The position numbers and the translations under genes were made by a program. The notes beneath the pieces were generated by a model. That model was not told the origin of the DNA, searched no databases, and worked only from the letters and a program-made list of their open reading frames with translations. DNA of 64,000 bases. It comes from Auanema rhodensis. Taxonomy: Eukaryota; Animalia; Nematoda. This document shows, piece after piece, positions 28,446-43,400 of the stretch. The DNA lies in assembly GCA_964057225.1 (NCBI GenBank), contig OZ059895.1, positions 1,178,001 to 1,242,000 on the forward strand, in the 5' to 3' direction. Positions within the stretch are counted from its first letter, which is position 1, and each line of letters starts with the position of its first letter.

Positions 28446-31400
28446 GCACTATACTACATTGAGAAACGCTTAATACAAAAATTAGTTATGATCGTTTGAA
28501 AAATGATGCATTAGTGTATGTTGAGTTTCCATGTACACTCAACATTGCTTCCAAAAACATTTTGACAAAAATTTTTTCGAAAAATTTCAGAATAATTTAG
28601 CAAAAAGTAGATGTTTTTAGATTCCTTTTTTCAAGGCAAAGACGATGGACAATGTTATTCAACGAAAAAATTAATTCTTCAGGATGAAAATCGAGGATAT
28701 AAGTGTGAACTTATATCAGTTGATATCTCGGTGCATTTTTAAGCTAGCTCAAATCTGATAACACAGATCGACGCAGCTTAAAAATCCGCATCGAATGCAC
28801 TATACTACATTGAGAAACGCTTAATACAAAAATTAGTTATGATCGTTTGAAAAATGATGCATTAGTGTATGTTGAGTTTCCATGTACACTCAACATTGCT
28901 TCCAAAAACATTTTGACAAAAATTTTTTCGAAAAATTTCAGAATAATTTAGCAAAAAGTAGATGTTTTTAGATTCCTTTTTTCAAGGCAAAGACGATGGA
29001 CAATGTTATTCAACGAAAAAATTAATTCTTCAGGGTGAAAATCGAGGATATAAGTGTGAACTTATATCAGTTGATATCTCGGTGCATTTTTAAGCTAGAG
29101 CAAATCTGATAACACAGAACGACGCAGCTTAAAAATCCGCATCGAATGCACTATACTACATTGAGAAACGCTTAATACAAAAATTAGTTATGATCGTTTG
29201 AAAAATGATGCATTAGTGTATGTTGAGTTTCCATGTACACTCAACATTGCTTCCAAAAACATTTTGACAAAAATTTTTTCGAAAAATTTCTAAATAATTT
29301 AGCAAAAAGTAGATGTTTTTAGATTCCTTTTTTCAAGGCAAAGACGATGGACAATGTTATTCAACGAAAAACTTAATTCTTCAGGGTGAAAATCGAGGAT
29401 ATAATTGTGAACTTATATCAGTTGATATCTCGGTGCATTTTTAAGCTAGCGCAAATCTGATAACACAGATCGACGCAGCTTAAAAATACACATCGATTGC
29501 ACTATACTACATTGAGAAACGCTTAATACAAAAATTAGTTATGATCGTTTGAAAAATGATGCATTAGTGTATGTTGAGTTTCCATGTACACTCAACATTG
29601 CTTCCAAAAACATTTTGACAAAAATTTTTTCGAAAAATTTCAGAATAATTTAGCAAAAAGTAGATGTTTTTAGATTCCTTTTTTCAAGGCAAAGACGATG
29701 GACAATGTTATTCAACGAAAAAATTAATTCTTCAGGGTGAAAATCGAGGATATAAGTGTGAACTTATATCAGTTGATATCTCGGTGCATTTTTAAGCTAG
29801 CGCAAATCTGATAACACAGAACGACGCAGCTTAAAAATCCGCATCGAATGCACTATACTACATTGAGAAACGCTTAATACAAAAATTAGTTATGATCGTT
29901 TGAAAAATGATGCATTAGTGTATGATGAGTTTCCATGTACACTCAACATTGCTTCCAAAAACATTTTGACAAAAATTTTTTCGAAAAATTTCAAAATAAT
30001 TTAGCAAAAAGTAGATGTTTTTAGATTCTTTTTTTCAAGGCAAAGACGATGGACAATGTTATTCAACGAAAAAATTAATTCTTCAGGGTGAAAATCGAGG
30101 ATATAAGTGTGAACTTATATCAGTTGATATCTCGGTGCATTTTTAAGCTAGCTCAAATCTGATAACACAGATCGACGCAGCTTAAAAATCCGCATCGAAT
30201 GCACTATACTACATTGAGAAACGCTTAATACAAAAATTAGTTATGATCGTTTGAAAAATGATGCATTAGTGTATGTTGAGTTTCCATGTACACTCAACAT
30301 TGCTTCCAAAAACATTTTGACAAAAATTTTTTCGAAAAATTTCAGAATAATTTAGCAAAAAGTAGATGTTTTTAGATTCCTTTTTTCAAGGCAAAGACGA
30401 TGGACAATGTTATTCAACGAAAAAATTAATTCTTCAGGGTGAAAATCGAGGATATAAGTGTGAACTTATATCAGTTGATATCTCGGTGCATTTTTAAGCT
30501 AGCGCAAATCTGATAACACAGAACGACGCAGCTTAAAAATCCGCATCGAATGCACTATACTACATTGAGAAACGCTTAATACAAAAATTAGTTATGATCG
30601 TTTGAAAAATGATGCATTAGTGTATGTTGAGTTTCCATGTACACTCAACATTGCTTCCAAAAACATTTTGACAAAAATTTTTTCGAAAAATTTCTAAATA
30701 ATTTAGCAAAAAGTAGATGTTTTTAGATTCCTTTTTTCAAGGCAAAGACGATGGACAATGTTATTCAACGAAAAACTTAATTCTTCAGGGTGAAAATCGA
30801 GGATATAATTGTGAACTTATATCAGTTGATATCTCGGTGCATTTTTAAGCTAGCGCAAATCTGATAACACAGATCGACGCAGCTTAAAAATACACATCGA
30901 TTGCACTATACTACATTGAGAAACGCTTAATACAAAAATTAGTTATGATCGTTTGAAAAATGATGCATTAGTGTATGTTGAGTTTCCATGTACACTCAAC
31001 ATTGCTTCCAAAAACATTTTGACAAAAATTTTTTCGAAAAATTTCAGAATAATTTAGCAAAAAGTAGATGTTTTTAGATTCTTTTTTTCAAAGCAAAGAC
31101 GATGGACATTGTTATTCAACGAAAAAATTAATTCTTCAGGGTGAAAATCGAGGATATAAGTGTGAACTTATATCAGTTGATATCTCGGTGCATTTTTAAG
31201 CTAGCGCAAATTTGATAACACAGATCGACGCAGCTTAAAAATCCGCATCGAATGCACTATACTACATTGAGAAACGCTTAATACAAAAATTAGTTATGAT
31301 CGTTTGAAAAATGATGCATTAGTGTATGTTGAGTTTCCATGTACACTCAACATTGCTTCCAAAAACATTTTGACAAAAATTTTTTCGAAAAATTTCAGAA

Positions 31401-34400
31401 TAATTTAGCAAAAAGTAGATGTTTTCAGATTCCTTTTTTCAAGGTAAAGACGATGGACAATGTTATTCAACGAAAAAATTAATTCTTCAGGGTGAAAATC
31501 GAGGATATAAGTGTGAACTTATATCAGTTGATATCTCGGTGCATTTTTAAGCTAGCTCAAATCTGATAACACAGATCGACGCAGCTTAAAAATCCGCATC
31601 GAATGCACTATACAACATTGAGAAACGCTTAATACAAAAATTAGTTATGATCGTTTGAAAAATGATGCATTAGTGTATGTTGAGTTTCCATGTACACTCA
31701 ACATTGCTTCCAAAAACATTTTGACAAAAATTTTTTCGAAAAATTTCAGAATAATTTAGCAAAAAGTAGATGTTTTTAGATTCCTTTTTTCAAGGTAAAG
31801 ACGATGGACAATGTTATTCAACGAAAAAATTAATTCTTCAGGGTGAAAATCGAGGATATAAGTGTGAACTTATATCAGTTGATATCTCGGTGCATTTTTA
31901 AGCTAGCGCAAATTTGATAACACAGATCGACGCAGCTTAAAAATCCGCATCGAATGCACTATACTACATTGAGAAACGCTTAAAACAAAAATTAGTTATG
32001 ATCGTTTGAAAAATGATGCATTAGTGTATGTTGAGTTTCCATGTACACTCAACATTGCTTCCAAAAACATTTTGACAAAAATTTTTTCGAAAAATTTCAG
32101 AATAATTTAGCAAAAAGTAGATGTTTTTAGATTCCTTTTTTCAAGGTAAAGACGATGGACAATGTTATTCAACGAAAAAATTAATTCTTCAGGGTGAAAA
32201 TCGAGGATATAAGTGTGAACTTATATCAGTTGATATCTCGGTGCATTTTTAAGCTAGCTCAAATCTGATAACACAGATCGACCCAGCTTAAAAATCCGCA
32301 TCGAATGCACTATACTACATTGAGAAACGCTTAATACAAAAATTAGTTATGATCGTTTGAAAAATGATGCATTAGTGTATGTTGAGTTTCCATGTACACT
32401 CAACATTGCTTCCAAAAACATTTTGACAAAAATTTTTTCGAAAAATTTCAAAATAATTTAGCAAAAAGTAGATGTTTTTAGATTCTTTTTTTCAAAGCAA
32501 AGACGATGGACATTGTTATTCAACGAAAAAATTAATTCTTCAGGGTGAAAATCGAGGATATAAGTGTGAACTTATATCAGTTGATATCTCGGTGCATTTT
32601 TAAGCTAGCGCAAATTTGATAACACAGATCGACGCAGCTTAAAAATCCGCATCGAATGCACTATACTACATTGAGAAACGCTTAAAACAAAAATTAGTTA
32701 TGATCGTTTGAAAAATGATGCATTAGTGTATGTTGAGTTTCCATGTACACTCAACATTGCTTCCAAAAACATTTTGACAAAAATTTTTTCGAAAAATTTC
32801 AGAATAATTTAGCAAAAAGTAGATGTTTTTAGATTCCTTTTTTCAAGGTAAAGACGATGGACAATGTTATTCAACGAAAAAATTAATTCTTCAGGGTGAA
32901 AATCGAGGATATAAGTGTGAACTTATATCAGTTGATATCTCGGTGCATTTTTAAGCTAGCTCAAATCTGATAACACAGATCGACCCAGCTTAAAAATCCG
33001 CATCGAATGCACTATACTACATTGAGAAACGCTTAATACAAAAATTAGTTATGATCGTTTGAAAAATGATGCATTAGTGTATGTTGAGTTTCCATGTACA
33101 CTCAACATTGCTTCCAAAAACATTTTGACAAAAATTTTTTCGAAAAATTTCAAAATAATTTAGCAAAAAGTAGATGTTTTTAGATTCTTTTTTTCAAAGC
33201 AAAGACGATGGACATTGTTATTCAACGAAAAAATTAATTCTTCAGGGTGAAAATCGAGGATATAAGTGTGAACTTATATCAGTTGATATCTCGGTGCATT
33301 TTTAAGCTAGCGCAAATCTGATAACACAGATCGACGCAGCTTAAAAATCCGCATCGAATGCACTATACTACATTGAGAAACGCTTAATACAAAAATTAGT
33401 TATGATCGTTTGAAAAATGATGCATTAGTGTATGTTGAGTTTCCATGTACACTCAACATTGCTTCCAAAAACATTTTGACAAAAATTTTTTCGAAAAATT
33501 TCAAAATAATTTAGCAAAAAGTAGATGTTTTTAGATTCCCTTTTTCAAGGCAAAGACGATGGACAATGTTATTCAACGAAAAAATTAATTCTTCAGGGTG
33601 AAAATCGAGGATATAAGTGTGAACTTATATCAGTTGATATCTCGGTGCATTTTTAAGCTAGCGCAAATCTGATAACACAGATCGACGCAGCTTAAAAATC
33701 CGCATCGAATGCACTATACTACATTGAGAAACGCTTAATACAAAAATTAGTTATGATCGTTTGAAAAATGATGCATTAGTGTATGTTGAGTTTCCATGTA
33801 CACTCAACATTGCTTCCAAAAACATTTTGACAAAAATTTTTTCGAAAAATTTCAAAATAATTTAGCAAAAAGTAGATGTTTTTAGATTCCTTTTTTCAAG
33901 GCAAAGACGATGGACAATGTTATTCAACGAAAAAATTAATTCTTCAGGGTGAAAATCGAGGATATAAGTGTGAACTTATATCAGTTGATATCTCGGTGCA
34001 TTTTTAAGCTAGCGCAAATCTGATAACACAGATCGACGCAGCTTAAAAATCCGCATCGAATGCACTATACTACATTGAGAAACGCTTAATACAAGAATTA
34101 GTTATGATCGTTTGAAAAATGATGCATTAGTGTATGTTGAGTTTCCATGTACACTCAACATTGCTTCCAAAAACATTTTGACAAAAATTTTTTCGAAAAA
34201 TTTCAAAATAATTTAGCAAAAAGTAGATGTTTTTAGATTCCTTTTTTCAAGGCAAAGACGATGGACAATGTTATTCAACGAAAAAATTATTTCTTCAGGG
34301 TGAAAATCGAGGATATAAGTGTGAACTTATATCAGTTGATATATCGGTGCATTTTTAAGCTAGCGCAAATCTGATAACACAGATCGACGCAGCTTAAAAT

Positions 34401-37400
34401 ACCGCATCGAATGCACTATATTACATTGAGAAACGCTTAATACAAAAATTAGTTATGATCGTTTGAAAAATGATGCATTAGTGTATGTTGAGTTTCCATG
34501 TACACTCAACATTGCTTCCAAAAACATTTTGACAAAAATTTTTTCGAAAAATTTCAAAATAATTTAGCAAAAAGTAGATGTTTTTAGATTCCTTTTTTCA
34601 AGGCAAAGACGATGGACAATGTTATTCAACGAAAAAATTAATTCTTCAGGGTGAAAATCGAGGATATAAGTGTGAACTTATATCAGTTGATATCTCGGTG
34701 CATTTTTAAGCTAGCGCAAATCTGATAACACAGATCGACGCAGCTTAAAAATCCGCATCGAATGCACTATACTACATTGAGAAACGCTTAATACAAAAAT
34801 TAGTTATGATCGTTTGAAAAAATGATGCATTAGTGTATGTTGAGTTTCCATGTACACTCAACATTGCTTCCAAAAACATTTTGACAAAAATTTTTTCGAA
34901 AAATTTCAAAATAATTTAGCAAAAAGTAGATGTTTTTGGATTCCTTTTTTCAAGGCAAAGACGATGGACAATGTTATTCAACGAAAAAATTAATTCTTTA
35001 GGGTGAAAATCGAGGATATAAGTGTGAACTTATATAAGTTGATATATCGGTGCATTTTTAAGCTAGCGCAAATCTGATAACACAGATCGACGCAGCTTAA
35101 AATACCGCATCGAATGCACTATACTACATTGAGAAACGCTTAATACAAAAATTAGTTATGATCGTTTGAAAAATGATGCATTAGTGTATGTTGAGTTTCC
35201 ATGTACACTCAACATTGCTTCCAAAAACATTTTGACAAAAATTTTTTCGAAAAATTTCAAAATAATTTAGCAAAAAGTAGATGTTTTTAGATTCCTTTTT
35301 CCAAGGCAAAGACGATGGACAATGTTATTCAACGAAAAAATTAATTCTTCAGGGTGAAAATCGAGGATATAAGTGTGAACTTATATCAGTTGATATCTCG
35401 GTGCATTTTTAAGCTAGCGCAAATCTGATAACACAGATCGACGCAGCTTAAAAATCCGCATCAAATGCACTATACTACATTGAGAAACGCTTAATACAAA
35501 AATTAGTTATGATCGTTTGAAAAATGATGCATTAGTGTATGTTGAGTTTCCATGTACACTCAACATTGCTTCCAAAAACATTTTGACAAAAATTTTTTCG
35601 AAAAATTTCAAAATAATTTAGCAAAAAGTAGATGTTTTTGGATTCCTTTTTTCAAGGCAAAGACGATGGACAATGTTATTCAACAAAAAAATTAATTCTT
35701 CAGGGTGAAAATCGAGGATATAAGTGTGAACTTATATCAGTTGATATCTCGGTGCATTTTTAAGCTAGCGCAAATCTGATAACACAGATCGACGCAGCTT
35801 AAAAATCCGCATCGAATGCACTATACTACATTGAGAAACGCTTAATACAAGAATTAGTTATGATCGTTTGAAAAATGATGCATTAGTGTATGTTGAGTTT
35901 CCATGTACACTCAACATTGCTTCCAAAAACATTTTGACAAAAATTTTTTCGAAAAATTTCAATATAATTTAGCAAAAAGTAAATGTTTTTGGATTCCTTT
36001 TTTCAAGGCAAAGACGATGGACAATGTTATTCAACGAAAAAATTAATTCTTTAGGGTGAAAATCGAGGATATAAGTGTGAACTTATATAAGTTGATATCT
36101 CGGTGCATTTTTAAGCTAGCGCAAATCTGATAACACAGATCGACGCAGCTTAAAAATCCGCATCGAATGCACTATACTACATTGAGAAACGCTTAATACA
36201 AAAATTAGTTATGATCGTTTGAAAAATGATGCATTAGTGTATGTTGAGTTTCCATGTACACTCAACATTGCTTCCAAAAACATTTTGACAAAAATTTTTT
36301 CGAAAAATTTCAAAATAATTTAGCAAAAAGTAGATGTTTTTAGATTCCTTTTTTCAAGGCAAAGACGATGGACAATGTTATTCAACGAAAAAATTAATTC
36401 TTCAGGGTGAAAATCGAGGATATAAGTGTGAACTTATATCAGTTGATATCTCGGTGCATTTTTAAGCTAGCGCAAATCTGATAACACAGATCGACGCAGC
36501 TTAAAAATCCGCATTGAATGCACTATACTACATTGAGAAACGCTTAATACAAAAATTAGTTATGATCGTTTGAAAAAATGATGCATTAGTGTATGTTGAG
36601 TTTCCATGTACACTCAACATTGCTTCCAAAAACATTTTGACAAAAATTTTTTCGAAAAATTTCAAAATAATTTAGCAAAAAGTAGATGTTTTTAGATTCC
36701 TTTTTTCAAGGCAAAGACGATGGACAATGTTATTCAACGAAAAAATTAATTCTTCAGGGTGAAAATCGAGGATATAAGTGTGAACTTATATCAGTTGATA
36801 TCTCGGTGCATTTTTAAGCTAGCGCAAATCTGATAACACAGATCGACGCAGCTTAAAAATCCGCATCGAATGCACTATACTACATTGAGAAACGCTTAAT
36901 ACAAGAATTAGTTATGATCGTTTGAAAAATGATGCATTAGTGTATGTTGAGTTTCCATGTACACTCAACATTGCTTCCAAAAACATTTTGACAAAAATTT
37001 TTTCGAAAAATTTCAAAATAATTTAGCAAAAAGTAGATGTTTTTAGATTCCTTTTTTCAAGGCAAAGACGATGGACAATGTTATTCAACGAAAAAATTAT
37101 TTCTTCAGGGTGAAAATCGAGGATATAAGTGTGAACTTATATCAGTTGATATATCGGTGCATTTTTAAGCTAGCGCAAATCTGATAACACAGATCGACGC
37201 AGCTTAAAATACCGCATCGAATGCACTATACTACATTGAGAAACGCTTAATACAAAAATTAGTTATGATCGTTTGAAAAATGATGCATTAGTGTATGTTG
37301 AGTTTCCATGTACACTCAACATTGCTTCCAAAAACATTTTGACAAAAATTTTTTCGAAAAATTTCAAAATAATTTAGCAAAAAGTAGATGTTTTTAGATT

Positions 37401-40400
37401 CCTTTTTTCAAGGCAAAGACGATGGACAATGTTATTCAACGAAAAAATTAATTCTTCAGGGTGAAAATCGAGGATATAAGTGTGAACTTATATCAGTTGA
37501 TATCTCGGTGCATTTTTAAGCTAGCGCAAATCTGATAACACAGATCGACGCAGCTTAAAAATCCGCATCGAATGCACTATACTACATTGAGAAACGCTTA
37601 ATACAAGAATTAGTTATGATCGTTTGAAAAATGATGCATTAGTGTATGTTGAGTTTCCATGTACACTCAACATTGCTTCCAAAAACATTTTGACAAAAAT
37701 TTTTTCGAAAAATTTCAAAATAATTTAGCAAAAAGTAGATGTTTTTAGATTCCTTTTTTCGAGGCAAAGACGATGGACAATGTTATTCAACGAAAAAATT
37801 AATTCTTCAGGGTGAAAATCGAGGATATAAGTGTGAACTTATATCAGTTGATATCTCGGTGCATTTTTAAGCTAGCGCAAATCTGATAACACAGATCGAC
37901 GCAGCTTAAAAATCCGCATCGAATGCACTATACTACATTGAGAAACGCTTAATACAAAAATTAGTTATGATCGTTAGAAAAATGATGCATTAGTGTATGT
38001 TGAGTTTCCATGTACACTCAACATTGCTTCCAAAAACATTTTGACAAAAATTTTTTCGAAAAATTTCAAAATAATTTAGCAAAAAGTAGATGTTTTTAGA
38101 TTTCTTTTTTCAAGGCAAAGACGATGGACAATGTTATTCAACGAAAAAATTAATTCTTCAGGGTGAAAATCGAGGATATAAGTGTGAACTTATATCAGTT
38201 GATATCTCGGTGCATTTTTAAGCTAGCGCAAATCTGATAACACAGATCGACGCAGCTTAAAAATCCGCATCGAATGCACTATACTACATTGAGAAACGCT
38301 TAATACAAAAATTAGTTATGATCGTTTGAAAAATGATGCATTAGTGTATGTTGAGTTTCCATGTACACTCAACATTGCTTCCAAAAACATTTTGACAAAA
38401 ATTTTTTCGAAAAATTTCAAAATAATTTAGCAAAAAGTAGATGTTTTTAGATTCCTTTTTTCGAGGCAAAGACGATGGACAATGTTATTCAACGAAAAAA
38501 TTAATTCTTCAGGGTGAAAATCGAGGATATAAGTGTGAACTTATATCAGTTGATATCTCGGTGCATTTTTAAGCTAGCGCAAATCTGATAACACAGATCG
38601 ACGCAGCTTAAAAATCCGCATCGAATGCACTATACTACATTGAGAAACGCTTAATACAAAAATTAGTTATGATCGTTTGAAAAATGATGCATTAGTGTAT
38701 GTTGAGTTTCCATGTACACTCAACATTGCTTCCAAAAACATTTTGACAAAAATTTTTTCGAAAAATTTCAAAATAATTTAGCAAAAAGTAGATGTTTTTA
38801 GATTTCCTTTTTCAAGGCAAAGACGATGGACAATGTTATTCAACGAAAAAATTAATTCTTCAGGGTGAAAATCGAGGATATAAGTGTGAACTTATATCAG
38901 TTGATATCTCGGTGCATTTTTAAGCTAGCGCAAATCTGATAACACAGATCGACGCAGCTTAAAAATCCGCATCGAATGCACTATACTACATTGAGAAACG
39001 CTTAATACAAAAATTAGTTATGATCGTTTGAAAAATGATGCATTAGTGTATGTTGAGTTTCCATGTACACTCAACATTGCTTCCAAAAACATTTTGACAA
39101 AAATTTTTTCGAAAAATTTCAAAATAATTTAGCAAAAAGTAGATGTTTTTAGATTCCTTTTTTCAAGGCAAAGACGATGGACAATGTTATTCAACGAAAA
39201 AATTAATTCTTCAGGGTGAAAATCGAGGATATAAGTGTGAACTTATATCAGTTGATATCTCGGTGCATTTTTAAGCTAGCGCAAATCTGATAACACAGAT
39301 CGACGCAGCTTAAAAATCCGCATCGAATGCACTATACTACATTGAGAAACGCTTAATACAAGAATTAGTTATGATCGTTTGAAAAATGATGCATTAGTGT
39401 ATGTTGAGTTTCCATGTACACTCAACATTGCTTCCAAAAACATTTTGACAAAAATTTTTTCGAAAAATTTCAAAATAATTTAGCAAAAAGTAGATGTTTT
39501 TAGATTCCTTTTTTCAAGGCAAAGACGATGGACAATGTTATTCAACGAAAAAATTATTTCTTCAGGGTGAAAATCGAGGATATAAGTGTGAACTTATATC
39601 AGTTGATATCTCGGTGCATTTTTAAGCTAGCGCAAATCTGATAACACAGATCGACGCAGCTTAAAAATCCGCGTCGAATGCACTATATTACATTGAGAAA
39701 CGCTTAATACAAGAATTAGTTATGATCGTTTGAAAAATGATGCATTAGTGTATGTTGAGTTTCCATGTACACTCAACATTGCTTCCAAAAACATTTTGAC
39801 AAAAATTTTTTCGAAAAATTTCAAAATAATTTAGCAAAAAGTAGATGTTTTTAGATTCCTTTTTTCAAGGCAAAGACGATGGACAATGTTATTCAACGAA
39901 AAAATTATTTCTTCAGGGTGAAAATCGAGGATATAAGTGTGAACTTATATCAGTTGATATATCGGTGCATTTTTAAGCTAGCGCAAATCTGATAACACAG
40001 ATCGACGCAGCTTAAAATACCGCATCGAATGCACTATATTACATTGAGAAACGCTTAATACAAAAATTAGTTATGATCGTTTGAAAAATGATGCATTAGT
40101 GTATGTTGAGTTTCCATGTACACTCAACATTGCTTCCAAAAACATTTTGACAAAAATTTTTTCGAAAAATTTCAAAATAATTTAGCAAAAAGTAGATGTT
40201 TTTAGATTCCTTTTTTCAAGGCAAAGACGATGGACAATGTTATTCAACGAAAAAATTAATTCTTCAGGGTGAAAATCGAGGATATAAGTGTGAACTTATA
40301 TCAGTTGATATCTCGGTGCATTTTTAAGCTAGCGCAAATCTGATAACACAAATCGACGCAGCTTAAAAATCCGCATCGAATGCACTATACTACATTGAGA

Positions 40401-43400
40401 AACGCTTAATACAAAAATTAGTTATGATCGTTTGAAAAATGATGCATTAGTGTATGTTGAGTTTCCATGTACACTCAACATTGCTTCCAAAAACATTTTG
40501 ACAAAAATTTTTTCGAAAAATTTCAAAATAATTTAGCAAAAAGTAGATGTTTTTGGATTCCTTTTTTCAAGGCAAAGACGATGGACAATGTTATTCAACG
40601 AAAAAATTAATTCTTCAGGGTGAAAATCGAGGATATAAGTGTGAACTTATATCAGTTGATATCTCGGTGCATTTTTAAGCTAGCGCAAATCTGATAACAC
40701 AGATCGACGCAGCTTAAAAATCCGCATCGAATGCACTATACTACATTGAGAAACGCTTAATACAAGAATTAGTTATGATCGTTTGAAAAATGATGCATTA
40801 GTGTATGTTGAGTTTCCATGTACACTCAACATTGCTTCCAAAAACATTTTGACAAAAATTTTTTCGAAAAATTTCAAAATAATTTAGCAAAAAGTAGATG
40901 TTTTTAGATTCCTTTTTTCAAGGCAAAGACGATGGACAATGTTATTCAACGAAAAAATTAATTCTTCAGGGTGAAAATCGAGGATATAAGTGTGAACTTA
41001 TATCAGTTGATATCTCGGTGCATTTTTAAGCTAGCGCAAATCTGATAACACAGATCGACGCAGCTTAAAAATCCGCATCGAATGCACTATACTACATTGA
41101 AAAACGCTTAATACAAAAATTAGTTATGATCGTTTGAAAAATGATGCATTAGTGTATGTTGAGTTTCCATGTACACTCAACATTGCTTCCAAAAACATTT
41201 TGACAAAAATTTTTTCGAAAAATTTCAAAATAATTTAGCAAAAAGTAGATGTTTTTAGATTCCTTTTTTCAAGGCAAAGACGATGGACAATGTTATTCAA
41301 CGAAAAAATTAATTCTTCAGGGTGAAAATCGAGGATATAAGTGTGAACTTATATCAGTTGATATCTCGGTGCATTTTTAAGCTAGCGCAAATCTGATAAC
41401 ACAGATCGACGCAGCTTAAAAATCCGCATCGAATGCACTATACTACATTGAGAAACGCTTAATACAAGAATTAGTTATGATCGTTTGAAAAATGATGCAT
41501 TAGTGTATGTTGAGTTTCCATGTACACTCAACATTGCTTCCAAAAACATTTTGACAAAATTTTTTTCGAAAAATTTCAAAATAATTTAGCAAAAAGTAGA
41601 TGTTTTTAGATTCCTTTTTTCAAGGCAAAGACGATGGACAATGTTATTCAACGAAAAAATTGATTCTTCAGGGTGAAAATCGAGGATATAAGTGTGAACT
41701 TATATCAGTTGATATCTCGGTGCATTTTTAAGCTAGCGCAAATCTGATAACACAGATCGACGCAGCTTAAAAATCCGCATCGAATGCACTATACTACATT
41801 GAAAAACGCTTAATACAAAAATTAGTTATGATCGTTTGAAAAATGATGCATTAGTGTATGTTGAGTTTCCATGTACACTCAACATTGCTTCCAAAAACAT
41901 TTTGACAAAAATTTTTTCGAAAAATTTCAAAATAATTTAGCAAAAAGTAGATGTTTTTAGATTCCTTTTTTCAAGGCAAAGACGATGGACAATGTTATTC
42001 AACGAAAAAATTAATTCTTCAGGGTGAAAATCGAGGATATAAGTGTGAACATATATCAGTTGATATCTCGGTGCATTTTTAAGCTAGCGCAAATCTGATA
42101 ACACAGATCGACGCAGCTTAAAAATCCGCATCGAATGCACTATACTACATCGAGAAACGCTTGATACAAAAATTAGTTATGATCGTTTGAAAAATGATGC
42201 ATTAGTGTATGTTGAGTTTCCATGTACACTCAACATTGCTTCCAAAAACATTTTGACAAAAATTTTTTCGAAAAATTTCAAAATAATTTAGCAAAAAGTA
42301 GATGTTTTTAGATTCCATTTTTCAAGGCAAAGACGATGGACGATGTTATTCAACAAAAAAATTAATTCTTCAGGGTGAAAATCGAGGATATAAGTGTGAA
42401 CTTATATCAGTTGATATCTCGGTGCATTTTTAAGCTGGCGCAAATCTGATAACACAGATCGACGCAGCTTAAAAATCCGCATCGAATGCACTATACTACA
42501 TTGAGAAACGCTTATTACACAATTTAGTTATGATTGTTTGAAAAATGATGCATTAGTGTATGTTGAGTTTCCATGTACACTCAACATTGCTTCCAAAAAC
42601 ATTTTGACAAAAATTTTTTCGAAAAATTTCAAAATAATTTAGCAAAAAGTAGATGTTTTTGGATTCCTTTTTTCAAGGCAAAGACGATGGACAATGTTAT
42701 TCAACGAAAAAATTAATTCTTCAGGGTGAAAATCGAGGATATAAGTGTAAACTTATATCAGTTGATATCTCGGTGCATTTTTAAGCTAGCGCAAATCTGA
42801 TAACACAGATCGACGCAGCTTAAAATACCGCATCGAATGCACTATACTACATGGAGAAACGCTTAATACAAAAATTAGTTATGATCGTTTGAAAAATGAT
42901 GCATTAGTGTATGTTGAGTTTCCATGTACACTCAACATTGCTTCCAAAAACATTTTGACAAAAATTTTTTCGAAAAATTTCAAAATAATTTAGCAAAAAG
43001 TAGATGTTTTTGGATTCCTTTTTTCAAGGCAAAGACGATGGACAATGTTATTCAACGAAAAAATTAATTCTTCAGGGTGAAAATCGAGGATATAAGTGTA
43101 AACTTATATCAGTTGATATCTCGGTGCATTTTTAAGCTAGCGCAAATCTGATAACACAGATCGACGCAGCTTAAAATACCGCATCGAATGCACTATACTA
43201 CATGGAGAAACGCTTAATACAAAAATTAGTTATGATCGTTTGAAAAATGATGCATTAGTGTATGTTGAGTTTCCATGTACACTCAACATTGCTTCCAAAA
43301 ACATTTTGACAAAAATTTTTTCGAAAAATTTCAAAATAATTTAGCAAAAAGTAGATGTTTTTAGATTCCTTTTTTCAAGGCAAAGACGATGGACAATGTT

